Of a stretch of DNA of 64,000 nucleotides, positions 23,273 through 31,772 are shown piece after piece. The position numbers were made by a program, and so were the translations under genes. How positions within the stretch are numbered: position 1 is the stretch's first letter; every line of letters begins with the position of its first letter. The notes under the pieces were generated by a model. It did not search any database. It had not been told where the DNA came from and saw nothing but the letters and a program-made list of their open reading frames with translations. Source of the stretch: an uncultured Kiloniellales bacterium (lineage in GTDB: Bacteria > Pseudomonadota > Alphaproteobacteria > Kiloniellales > JAKSDN01); the NCBI GenBank assembly GCA_947258885.1, contig CAMYKD010000003.1, positions 5,446-69,445 of the forward strand, written 5' to 3'.

Positions 23273-25084
23273 ATGGAGGGCGATTTGGCCTTGTCGAGAA
23301 TCCGGTGGATACCGGGGCGCCTCACCGTGCGGGGCGCGGTGGCCGTGGTGGTTTCTGCGCTTGCCGCGGCCTGCGCGAGCCAGCCGCAGTCGCCGTTGGT
23401 CCGGTCCGCCGGCTTCGTGTCGATCCAACTGGCCGCCGCCGACAACGGCCGCGGCGTGCAGCCGGTCGCCACCTCGCCTTACGGCGACTTCTTGGCCGGG
23501 ATGCTCGCGAGCCACGAGCGCGATCTTTCCGCCGCGGCCGATTTCATGATGCGGGCCTGGGAGAACGATCCCGATAATTTCGTGCTCCTGCGCCGCGCCT
23601 TCCTGCTGGCGGCGGCCGACGGCCGCCACGCCGAGGCGGTCCGCCTGGCCCGGCGCGTTCTCGAGCAGGCCGCCGAGGACGATAGCTACCCCGAGGCCGT
23701 CCTGACCAAGCTGGTGCTGACGATCGACCGCGTCGAACGCGGCGAAATAGATGCCGCGCAGCGTCTGCTCGGCACCATGCCGGACCGCCGCCTGGGCAAG
23801 TTCCTGCCGCCGATGATCGGAAGCTGGCTGGACCTGGGCAAGGGGGATATTACGGCCGCGCTGGCGACGATCGCGCCCTTGGCGGAATCCGAAGGACTCA
23901 CCGTACTCTACAATCTGCAGACCGCGCTGCTGAACGACGTGGCGGGCCGGCCGGTCGAGGCGGAGACCGCCTACCGGGCAGCCTTGGAAGGCATGGCAAA
24001 ACCCTCGCTGCGGACCACCTGGCTGGTCGGGAATTTCTTCGAGCGCCAGGGCAATGCCGAGGCGGCGGCGGACATTTACCGGCGGTTCGAGGATGCCGGA
24101 CCCGGATCGACCCTGTTCGATCCCGCCTTGGCGCGGCTGGCGGCCGGAACCCGGCCGGAGCCCTCGGTCTCCGATTTCAAAGCCGGAGTCGCCGAGGCCC
24201 TGTTCAACCTGGCCATCCTGCTCAGCCAGGAGCGGGCGCAGGAGCAGGCCCTGCTCCAGATCCATCTGGCGCTCAGGCTCAACCCCCGGTTCCAGCAGGC
24301 GCGGGTCCTCTTGGGCGAGATCCTGGAGCGGCAGAAGCGGGAGGTTGAGGCCATCGCCGCCTACCGCAGCGTCGATCCCGCCTCGCCGTTTGCCTGGATG
24401 GCCCGGTTGCGTATCGCCGAGGGGCTCGAGCGCCAGGGCCGAGCGGACGAGGCGATCAGCGAGCTGGAGGCGTTGGCCGCCGAGCGGCCAGGGGATTTCG
24501 AGCCGCTGTTCCGGGTCGGCAACATGCTGAGGGCCCAAGAACGCTTCCTCGAGGCGGTCGACGCCTACGACCGGGCCTTCGAGCGGCTCGGCGCGTCGGC
24601 CGCGCACTGGAGCATGTATTACTTCCGAGGCATCGCCCTCGAGCGGTCGGGCCAGTGGGAGCGGGCCGAGCCGGACCTGCTGACGGCGCTCGACCTGCAA
24701 CCCGATCACCCCTATGTGATGAACTACCTGGCCTATTCCTGGGTCGAGCAGCAGACCAACCTGGAACAGGCCGAGGCGATGCTGGTCCGGGCGGTTCAAC
24801 TCAGGGAAGACGACGGCTTTATCGTGGACAGCCTGGGCTGGGTGTACTATCGCCTGGGGCACTACGACAAGGCCGTGGTTCGGCTCGAGCGGGCCGTGGA
24901 GCTGCAGCCGCAGGATCCGGTGATCAACGACCATCTGGGCGATGTTTATTGGAAGGTCGGCCGCCGTCAGGAGGCGCGGTTCCAATGGCGCCGCGCGCTC
25001 AACCTCGAGCCGGAGGCCGACACCGTTCCGGTCATCGAGACCAAGATCGAGAGCGGCCTGGATCAGGATCCCAAGGATATCTGA
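23273..25084 (+). CDS. TPR-repeat lipoprotein
   Basis: The start MEGDLALSRIRW has a lipobox-like VVSALAAAC. Multiple TPR units run through to the C-terminus (LGWVYYRLGHYDKAVVRLERAVELQPQDPVINDHLGDVYWKVGRRQEARFQW). It sits directly upstream of ispE, a common alphaproteobacterial arrangement. Confidence 0.8.
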   Translation: MEGDLALSRIRWIPGRLTVRGAVAVVVSALAAACASQPQSPLVRSAGFVSIQLAAADNGRGVQPVATSPYGDFLAGMLASHERDLSAAADFMMRAWENDPDNFVLLRRAFLLAAADGRHAEAVRLARRVLEQAAEDDSYPEAVLTKLVLTIDRVERGEIDAAQRLLGTMPDRRLGKFLPPMIGSWLDLGKGDITAALATIAPLAESEGLTVLYNLQTALLNDVAGRPVEAETAYRAALEGMAKPSLRTTWLVGNFFERQGNAEAAADIYRRFEDAGPGSTLFDPALARLAAGTRPEPSVSDFKAGVAEALFNLAILLSQERAQEQALLQIHLALRLNPRFQQARVLLGEILERQKREVEAIAAYRSVDPASPFAWMARLRIAEGLERQGRADEAISELEALAAERPGDFEPLFRVGNMLRAQERFLEAVDAYDRAFERLGASAAHWSMYYFRGIALERSGQWERAEPDLLTALDLQPDHPYVMNYLAYSWVEQQTNLEQAEAMLVRAVQLREDDGFIVDSLGWVYYRLGHYDKAVVRLERAVELQPQDPVINDHLGDVYWKVGRRQEARFQWRRALNLEPEADTVPVIETKIESGLDQDPKDI

Positions 25085-25109
25085 TACCTTTGATCTCGGG
25101 CGCCCACCC

Positions 25110-26009
25110 GTGGCGAAGGCGTCTTCGGAGGTGAACCGATACGCCTGGGCCAAGATCAATCTCTACCTGGAAGTGACCGGCCGGCGTGCCGACGGCTATC
25201 ACGAGCTCGAAAGCCTGATCGTCTTCGCCGGATTGGGGGACCGCCTGGATTTTCGACCCGCCGAAACCCTCAAGACCGGTGTCACCGGCCCCTGTGCCGG
25301 CGGGGTGCCGGTCGGCGCCGACAACCTGGTGGCGCGGGCCGCCCGGGCCCTGGCCGACCACGCGGGCGTGGCGCCCGCGGCGCGGATCGATTTGGACAAG
25401 CGGATTCCGGTAGCCGCCGGTATCGGCGGCGGATCGGCCGATGCGGCCGCCACCCTGGAAGGCCTGGCGGCGCTGTGGGGGCTTTCGCCGGCGCCGGGCG
25501 ATCTGATGCGGATCGCGGCGGAGCTTGGTGCCGATGTCCCCGTCTGCCTGTTCGGCCGGCCCGCCATGGTGCGCGGTATCGGCGAGACCATCGCGCGCGC
25601 CCCCCCCTTGCCCGCGGGCTGGCTGGTGCTCGCCAACCCGGGCCTGCCCCTGGCGACGCGGCGCGTCTTCGAGGCGTGGACCGGTGCCTATTCCCCCCCG
25701 CGACCCTGGACCGCCTTGGCGAACGACGTTCGGGAGCTGGCCGAGCGCTTGGCCGAGCGGTCCAACGATCTGGAGCCGGCGGCCTTGCGGCTGGCGCCCG
25801 GGATCGGCCGGGTGCTGGAGCGGCTCGGCGCGGCACCGGGAGCGCTCCTCGCCCGCATGTCCGGTAGCGGCGCGACCTGCTTCGCGCTCTTCGCCACGGC
25901 GCCGGAAGCGCGCAGGGCCGCCGCGGCCATCGGCAAGGAGCACCCGGACTGGTGGCGCGCCGCGGCGCCGATTCTGCACGGCAAACTTGCCGGTCATTGG
26001 CGCGAGTGA
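25110..26009 (+). CDS. ispE: 4-diphosphocytidyl-2-C-methyl-D-erythritol kinase
   Basis: AWAKINLYLEVTGRRADGYHELESLIVFA...IPVAAGIGGGSADAAATL is the GHMP kinase motif. I chose the GTG at 25110; the GTG at 25131 is an alternative. The upstream part of the track ORF overlaps the TPR gene. Confidence 0.85.
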   Translation: MAKASSEVNRYAWAKINLYLEVTGRRADGYHELESLIVFAGLGDRLDFRPAETLKTGVTGPCAGGVPVGADNLVARAARALADHAGVAPAARIDLDKRIPVAAGIGGGSADAAATLEGLAALWGLSPAPGDLMRIAAELGADVPVCLFGRPAMVRGIGETIARAPPLPAGWLVLANPGLPLATRRVFEAWTGAYSPPRPWTALANDVRELAERLAERSNDLEPAALRLAPGIGRVLERLGAAPGALLARMSGSGATCFALFATAPEARRAAAAIGKEHPDWWRAAAPILHGKLAGHWRE

Positions 26010-26145
26010 ACGACCCGCCGAAGCCGGGTAGACCAGCGCGCGGGGGCGGTCCTTGCCGTCCGGACCCATCCAGACCCGTCAGAGGCCGTTGTCAAGGCCG
26101 CCGCCCTCCGCTATAAGCCGCCCGCGCCCGACTGTCGGCGCTGTC

Positions 26146-28758
26146 ATGAACGCAACCTCCGAGGCTATGTCACTGGGCCGCCGAATGCTGGTCCGATGGG
26201 TCGATCTGGTGCGCCGCTCGGCCCTTTGGGTGCTGCTGCTCTCGATTCTGACGAGCGCCGGCGCGATCGGCTATGCGGTCGGCCATCTCGGCATCAATAC
26301 CTCGACCAAGGACATGCTGTCCGAAGACCTGCCGTTCCGCCGGAACGACAGGGCGATGGACCAGGCGTTCCCCCAGCTGGAACACCAGATCCTGGTCGTG
26401 GTCGAGGCCGCCAGCGCCGAGCAGGCGGAGGCTGCGGCGGCCAGGATCGCCGAGGGCCTGGCCGCGCGGCCCGAGCGGTTCCGCAGCGTGTTCTATCCGG
26501 AAGGCGATCCTTTCTTCCGGCGCAACGGCTTGGTCTACCTCGATCTCGAAGAGCTGCAATCGCTCGGCGATCGTTTGGCCGCGGCACAGCCGATGCTGGC
26601 GGCCTTGAAGGAGGACATGTCCCTGCGCGGCCTGGCCGGGGTGCTCGAGCTCGCGGCCGAGGAGGCCGAGAGCACGGCGGCCGCGGATCTGGCGCCCGCG
26701 CTCGAGGCCATGGCCGAGACCGCGGAAGCCCTGGCCGACGGTCGGCCGGCCGCGCTGTCCTGGCAGGCACTGCTCGCCGCCGGCGGGTCGGGGCCCGAGA
26801 CCCGGCGACGCTTCGTCACCGTTCGGCCCGTGCTCGACTACGGGTCGCTGGAACCGGCGGCCCCGGCGATCGACGGGATTCGCGCCCTGGCGGACACTCT
26901 CGGCCTGACCGGGAACGGCGACGTGCGCGTGCGCATCACGGGTCAGTCGGTCATGCTGCAGGACGAACTGAAGAGCGTACGCGAGGGCATCGGCCTGGTC
27001 GGACTGCTGTCATTCGTCCTGGTCGCGACCCTGCTGACTATCGGCCTGCGCTCGTTCCGCCTGGTCGCCGCCACGCTGACCGCGCTGGTCGCCGGTCTCG
27101 CCTGGACCGCCTTCTTCGCCGCGGCGGCGGTCGGCCAGTTGAACCTGATTTCGGTCGCCTTCGCCGTGCTTTTCATCGGACTGAGCGTGGATTTCGGCAT
27201 TCATTTCGCCCTGCGCGTCGAGGAGGAGATCGGGCGCGGCGCGGATTTGGGCGAGGCCCTGCGGGGTGCGGCAGGCGGCGTGGGCGGGTCGCTCACCCTG
27301 ACCGCCGTGGCCGCGGCGATCGGCTTCCTGTCGTTCCTGCCGACCACGTACCGCGGGCTTTCCGAGCTCGGCCTGATTTCCGGCGCCGGCATGTTCATCG
27401 CGCTGTTCGCCAATCTGACGGTGCTGCCCGCGGTGCTGGCGCTGATGCCGCCGGCGGGCGGGCCCGTCGCCGCGCCACTCAGGCTGAGCCGTGCCGTCCA
27501 GGGCCTGATCGAAAGCCGCGCGCGGGCCATCGCCTGGGCCGGGTTGGGGCTCGCCCTTCTGGCCCTTCCGGCGCTCTTCTTCGCCCGTTTCGACGACGAT
27601 CCGCTCAACCTGCGCGACCCCGAGAGCGCCTCCGTCGCGACCCTGCTCGACATCATCGCGGACCCACGCGTCCAGCCCTACGACGCGACCGTCCTGACCG
27701 AAAGCCTGGAGGCGGCCGCCGAGCAGGCGGCAAGGCTGGCCGCCCTGCCGGAGGTCGAGCGCGCCGTGACCCTGCTCGACTACGTTCCGGGCGACCAGGA
27801 CGACAAGCTGGCGATCATCGAGGAGACGGCCTTTTTCCTGACCCCGCTCTGGCACTCCGGGGCCGGGGCCGCGCCGCCCGGGCCGGAAGATCGGCGCCGC
27901 GCCTTCGAGGCCCTGAAGGCCACGGCCGCGGCGATCGGCGAAGGTCCGGCCGCGGCGTCGGCCGCGCAGCTTGCGGGCGCGCTCGCCCGCCTGGACGGCT
28001 CGGCACCGGTCCTCGAGGCACTGGAGCGCGCCCTGCTCGGCCATCTGCCCGGCCGGCTGGACGCCTTGGCCGAGGCGCTGCAGGCCGGACCGGTCGAACG
28101 CGCGGACCTGCCCGCCGACCTGGTCGCGCGCAAGCTGGCCGCCGACGGGCGCAGCACGGTCGAAGTCACGCCGGCCGCCGACCTGCGCGCGCCCGCGCAG
28201 CGACAGCGCTTCGTCGACGCGGTCCAGCAGGTCGCACCGGACGCGACGGGCGCGCCGATCATCATCACCGAGGCCGGCCGCGCGGTGGTCGAGGCCTTCT
28301 TTCAGGCGGCCGGCACGGCGGTCCTGCTGATCACGCTGCTGCTGATCGCCCTGCTGCGCAACGTGCGCGAAAGCCTGCTGGTCATGGCGCCGCTGGGCCT
28401 GGCCGCCCTTCTGACGGTGGCCGCCACGGTCGTCTTCGACCTACCGTTCAACTTCGCCAACGTGATCGTCCTGCCGCTCCTGTTCGGGCTGGGGGTGGCG
28501 GGCGGCATCCACATGGTGGCGCGCAATCGTGCCGAGGCGGCCGCCCGGCTGATGCACACCTCCACGTCCCGGGCGGTGCTGTTCTCCGCGCTCACCACGA
28601 TCGGCTCGTTCTGCGCCTTGGCGTTGTCCAGCCATCCCGGCACGGCCAGCATGGGCAAGCTGCTGACCGTCGCCATCGGCCTCTCCATGCTGACCAGTCT
28701 GATCGTGCTGCCGGCCCTGCTTATGCTCGCCCACCGGTCCGGGACGTCGAGCGGCTAG
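26146..28758 (+). CDS. MMPL/RND-superfamily transporter, HpnN-like
   Basis: Start MNATSEAMSLGRRML. Two 6-TM bundles are each followed by a large soluble loop, with the pattern INTSTKDMLSEDLPFRRN...FPQLEHQILVVVEA. This resembles the hopanoid-associated HpnN family. No hopanoid biosynthesis genes occur in the window. Confidence 0.65.
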   Translation: MNATSEAMSLGRRMLVRWVDLVRRSALWVLLLSILTSAGAIGYAVGHLGINTSTKDMLSEDLPFRRNDRAMDQAFPQLEHQILVVVEAASAEQAEAAAARIAEGLAARPERFRSVFYPEGDPFFRRNGLVYLDLEELQSLGDRLAAAQPMLAALKEDMSLRGLAGVLELAAEEAESTAAADLAPALEAMAETAEALADGRPAALSWQALLAAGGSGPETRRRFVTVRPVLDYGSLEPAAPAIDGIRALADTLGLTGNGDVRVRITGQSVMLQDELKSVREGIGLVGLLSFVLVATLLTIGLRSFRLVAATLTALVAGLAWTAFFAAAAVGQLNLISVAFAVLFIGLSVDFGIHFALRVEEEIGRGADLGEALRGAAGGVGGSLTLTAVAAAIGFLSFLPTTYRGLSELGLISGAGMFIALFANLTVLPAVLALMPPAGGPVAAPLRLSRAVQGLIESRARAIAWAGLGLALLALPALFFARFDDDPLNLRDPESASVATLLDIIADPRVQPYDATVLTESLEAAAEQAARLAALPEVERAVTLLDYVPGDQDDKLAIIEETAFFLTPLWHSGAGAAPPGPEDRRRAFEALKATAAAIGEGPAAASAAQLAGALARLDGSAPVLEALERALLGHLPGRLDALAEALQAGPVERADLPADLVARKLAADGRSTVEVTPAADLRAPAQRQRFVDAVQQVAPDATGAPIIITEAGRAVVEAFFQAAGTAVLLITLLLIALLRNVRESLLVMAPLGLAALLTVAATVVFDLPFNFANVIVLPLLFGLGVAGGIHMVARNRAEAAARLMHTSTSRAVLFSALTTIGSFCALALSSHPGTASMGKLLTVAIGLSMLTSLIVLPALLMLAHRSGTSSG

Positions 28759-28782
28759 GTTCTGGCGCGGCCGTCCGCTGCG

Positions 28783-29328
28783 CTACCAGGAGAGCACCAG
28801 GTTGCCGTCCTCGACCCGGTAGCTTTCCAGGCGCCGGAGGAAGCTCATGCCGAGCAGCGACATTCCCATGGGAGCCCGGCTGACGATGGCCTTGACGCGA
28901 TCGACCTCCATCTGCCCGATGCGCACCTCGTCCAGGGTGACCGGGGCGACCTGCATGGTACCGTTGGCGGTCTGGACGACGCCGGTGTAGTCGAGGCTTT
29001 CGGGTTCCAGGCCGATGCGTTCGGCGTCGTCGGCGCTGAGCGCGATCAGGCTCGCCCCGGTATCGACCAGGAAGCGGATCTCGGCGCCGCCGACGTCGGC
29101 GGTCACGTAGTAGTGGCCGCCCCGTCCCGGGCGCAGCACCATCTCATTGGCCGGGGCCGGGGCCCCGGCGCGCGGCGCCGCTGTTTGCCGTTCGCTCTGG
29201 GGCGGGGTCCTCGTGCGGACCTCTTGCCGCCGGTCGTCGCCTCCCGTGCCCGTGAACAGGATGGCCACGCCCATGACGGCCAGGAGGACGAAGAGCAGGT
29301 TCCGGACTGTGTGTACCATGGGCGGCAT
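28783..29328 (-). CDS. Retropepsin-like (clan AA) aspartic protease, TIGR02281-like, membrane anchored
   Basis: 181 aa with an N-terminal TM (LLFVLLAVMGVAILF). The catalytic FLVDTGASLIALS (DTGA) follows HYYVTADVGGAEIR. Confidence 0.8.
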   Translation of the reverse strand: MPPMVHTVRNLLFVLLAVMGVAILFTGTGGDDRRQEVRTRTPPQSERQTAAPRAGAPAPANEMVLRPGRGGHYYVTADVGGAEIRFLVDTGASLIALSADDAERIGLEPESLDYTGVVQTANGTMQVAPVTLDEVRIGQMEVDRVKAIVSRAPMGMSLLGMSFLRRLESYRVEDGNLVLSW

Positions 29329-29536
29329 CCCCTTTTCGGAGGCCCCTTTCGGGGTCGCCGGCCGAGACCCCCGGGAGGTTCGCGCCGGCGGCGCGTTTCG
29401 GGCATCCTGCCGATCCTATCAGTATCCGGGTCAATCGCTAAGGTTTCGCTAACCGGTGGGGTGCAACCGAATCCGGGGGCCATGGCCCCAAGCTGCGCCC
29501 GCCGTCCGAGGGCTCGGAGACTACGATCCACTCCCG

Positions 29537-29565
29537 TTGCAGCGGCCGGTCAGGGGCGCTATTTT
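29537..29565 (+). promoter_or_regulatory. Possible sigma70-type promoter for tRNA-Gln
   Basis: TTGCAG (29537-29542), a 17-nt spacer, then TATTTT (29560-29565), about 20 nt upstream of the tRNA 5' end. This is a pattern match only. Confidence 0.3.
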
Positions 29566-29585
29566 GCGCCAACCCCGGACGCGGA

Positions 29586-29660
29586 TGGGGCGTAGCCAAG
29601 TGGTAAGGCACCGGTTTTTGGTACCGGCATTCGCAGGTTCGAATCCTGCCGCCCCAGCCA
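29586..29660 (+). tRNA. tRNA-Gln (anticodon UUG), CCA encoded
   Basis: I folded it by hand. The acceptor stem is TGGGGCG/CGCCCCA (U1-A72, typical of bacterial tRNA-Gln). The anticodon stem is CCGGT/ACCGG with loop ttTTGgt. The T-arm is GCAGG-TTCGAAT-CCTGC. The discriminator is G, followed by CCA. Confidence 0.9.
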
Positions 29661-29681
29661 TCCCGGGAGAGATCCCGAAAT

Positions 29682-29936
29682 TCAGAGCGCCGGCGAAGCC
29701 GTCTTCACGATCGACCCGATCCCTAACCTGCTGCTCGACGAGCGTACGGGGCAGCCATCAGTCCTTGGCGCCGCGGCGCGGTCGCTCGGGAGCGTGTGCG
29801 GCCGCTTGCCGGACTGCCGCCGCCGCAAGCGAGCGAGCATCTTTGCGAAGCTCATCGAGAGTCTGACGAGTTCGGAAAAAGGATGCTTCGGATAGACCTC
29901 TTCGAAGGTCTGCTCTGGCTCGGGGAGCCGCTTCAT
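29682..29936 (-). CDS. Small hypothetical protein (84 aa)
   Basis: The ATG at 29934-29936 is preceded by GGAGG 8 nt upstream. Third positions are GC-rich. The sequence MKRLPEPEQTFEEVYPKHPFSELVRLSMSFAKMLARLRRRQSG... belongs to no family I recognise. Confidence 0.35.
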   Translation of the reverse strand: MKRLPEPEQTFEEVYPKHPFSELVRLSMSFAKMLARLRRRQSGKRPHTLPSDRAAAPRTDGCPVRSSSSRLGIGSIVKTASPAL

Positions 29937-30284
29937 GGATAGAGCCTCCACTGTGAAACCGTCTCTTCGACCGCGGCCAATATCCCACGTTCGCCGTGGG
30001 TTGTTTGTGGGATTTGTCACTTTGGGTTGAAAAACAGATCCTCTATGCCTCGCTCACGCGGCTTACGCGGCGCCAATGGCGCCACGCTCCGCCCGCGCCT
30101 CGATGGTTGGTCCGGGTTTCCTTGCCCGTTGCATGGGCTCGTTCCGATTTCTCGCTTCCCCGGGCCGGCGTGCCCACTTCGCGATCGCGCCCGCGGCGGC
30201 CACCGACCGCTCGCCGGCGCGGGCCTTCGAGACCCGGCTGCTGGAGGAGGCCCGCGAACGAACAAGGTCTTCGGCATGAAGATT

Positions 30285-30315
30285 GCGGCGGCGGCCCGGG
30301 GAGGACCGCCGCCGC
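30285..30315 (-). terminator. GC-rich hairpin downstream of the SleB-like gene (possible intrinsic terminator)
   Basis: GCGGCGGCGG (30285-30294) pairs with CCGCCGCCGC (30306-30315) around an 11-nt loop. On the minus strand it is followed only by a weak U-run (AAUCUUC). Confidence 0.3.
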
Positions 30316-30341
30316 GCTAGGCACGACGACGAGGATTCGTG

Positions 30342-31172
30342 CTAAGGCGAGCTGGGATCTTGCGTGGCCCGGCCGGCGATCTGGGTCGGTTTATCCTGAT
30401 CCAGATAGAAGATGTGCCGGCCGATCTGGCGGTCCCGCTTGAACACCCGTCCCCAATAGGGCGAGACGTAGTCGGCATGATACCACAGGGCGCCGTCGGT
30501 CGGGTCCGCGGAGCGGCCCCAGTACACGGCCTCGGCCATGGCCTTGGTGGACGCCCACTTCCTGTTGTTCCTCGGGCGGTCGCTTAATCCGTCGCACCAC
30601 CAGGAGAACTGGCAGCGATGCCGTTTCCGATAGCCGCCCTGCCGGATCACCTTGCAGGCGGTTTCGGGAAAGCGCGGGTCGGAGACGCGATTCAGCACCA
30701 CATGGGCGACCGCGATCTGACCCTCGTCCGGTTCGTTCCGGGCCTCGAAATAGATGTTGAGCGCCAGACAGTTGACCTCTTCCGCGAGATCGGCGGTGGA
30801 GAGCCCCAGCGGTGCCACCCGGGCCGTGACGCCGGCTTGGTTCGGCCGCGGCGGCTCGGCCAGGAAGTTAGCCTTGGTCAAGGCCGTCGAGACGCTGTCC
30901 GCGGCGCCCTTTTCCGGGTGCGGGAAGCGCGGTTCGATCAGGAAGGGCGATTCCGTCAGGCTCAATCCCGCCATGGCCTTGCCGGGTCGGACGTCGCTCG
31001 CCGCGGGAGTGGCCGATTTACCCGAACCGCCAGGCACGGCCGCCATCTGGGCGCTGGCCGGCCGGTTCGCTTCGTTTCCGAGGGTGGTTCCCTGGATGAC
31101 CAGGGTAAGGACCGCGGCGCAAGCCGCGAGCGTGTTCCGGAGGCTTACCGATTTACCGTCGTTGGCTGACAT
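30342..31172 (-). CDS. SleB-family cell wall hydrolase (Hydrolase_2 domain) with signal peptide
   Basis: The start MSANDGKSVSLRNTLAACAAVLTLV (cat at 31170-31172) is preceded by GGGGGAAAAATG. The C-terminal domain CLALNIYFEARNEPDEGQIAVAHVVLNRV...CQFSWWCDG...ALWYHADYVSPYW is the SleB/CwlJ-type hydrolase signature. Confidence 0.85.
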   Translation of the reverse strand: MSANDGKSVSLRNTLAACAAVLTLVIQGTTLGNEANRPASAQMAAVPGGSGKSATPAASDVRPGKAMAGLSLTESPFLIEPRFPHPEKGAADSVSTALTKANFLAEPPRPNQAGVTARVAPLGLSTADLAEEVNCLALNIYFEARNEPDEGQIAVAHVVLNRVSDPRFPETACKVIRQGGYRKRHRCQFSWWCDGLSDRPRNNRKWASTKAMAEAVYWGRSADPTDGALWYHADYVSPYWGRVFKRDRQIGRHIFYLDQDKPTQIAGRATQDPSSP

Positions 31173-31290
31173 TTTTCCCCCAATCAGCTTTCGGGTAAAT
31201 GACTCAGTTACAGGTCTACCTGACTGAACCGTGTTGCTGTGGTCCGCCCGCGTTGCCGTTGTGGCCCTTCGACCCTTCCCCCAACCACTC

Positions 31291-31535
31291 GAACTGATGC
31301 TAATTCTACAAATAATCCTTGGATCTGTCAAGTAATAAAATGAATTACTGCAAATATGATTGACAATAAATTAATACACGATTATTACATAAAAGTTCTT
31401 CTAGGCAATGTTCGCAGCGTTATAGTGCGTTAATTCAGTATTAACCAAGTATTATAAGATTTATCATTTTCGGTCAAAATATATCGATTATATTCATTTT
31501 CACAACTGGAGTTTTTGCTTGGACTTGACTATACT
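31291..31535. other. ~245-bp strongly AT-rich tract inside a 600-bp divergent intergenic region
   Basis: Read directly: ...taattctacaaataatcc...aagtaataaaatgaattactgcaaatatgattgacaataaattaatacacgattattacataaaag...tattataagatttatcattttcggtcaaaatatatcgattatattcatttt... This contrasts sharply with the surrounding GC-rich DNA. It contains TTGACA-like and TATAAT-like hexamers on both strands. Confidence 0.8.
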
Positions 31536-31772
31536 TCTCGGGGTGGGGTTCGCGCACAATCCGAACCGGCCGTTCCGGGCTCCGGGCCGGTTAGGGAACG
31601 GCGCCGTCTTGTCCGGGACCCCTCGCATTCTGCCGAGGCCATCCGCCGGGCAGAGCGGCTAACAGAAATTTAACAGGCTGCTTCTAGCGTCGAATTCCGC
31701 CTGCGCACGCCTATCCGCGCGGGCTCTCCCGAGGGACCGCTTCGCGAAATCCACCGTCAGAGGTATCCGGAC

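Noticed and set aside
30027-30320. Small + strand ORFs (97 aa and 67 aa) and minus-strand ORFs between the orphan 84-aa gene and the SleB-like gene.
   Set aside because: There are no motifs and no ribosome-binding sites, and the sequences are Arg/Pro/Gly-rich. I cannot distinguish them from noise, although the 67-aa frame (30076..30279) has moderately coding-like GC3.
31541-31565. GGTTCGcgcacAATCC at the edge of the AT-rich tract, considered as a direct repeat of the tRNA-Gln 3' end (GGTTCGAATCC) marking an island boundary.
   Set aside because: Only two short blocks match, and they are interrupted by a 5-nt insertion. The rest of the tRNA 3' end (TGCCGCCCCAGCCA) is absent. This is too weak to call an att site.
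31564-31602. Two mutually exclusive hairpins (AACCGGCC/GGCCGGTT and GCCGTTCC/GGAACGGC) upstream of the ATP-grasp gene, considered as an attenuator or riboswitch.
   Set aside because: Short GC stems of this kind arise easily in GC-rich DNA. There is no leader peptide, no terminator U-run and no resemblance to any riboswitch class I know.
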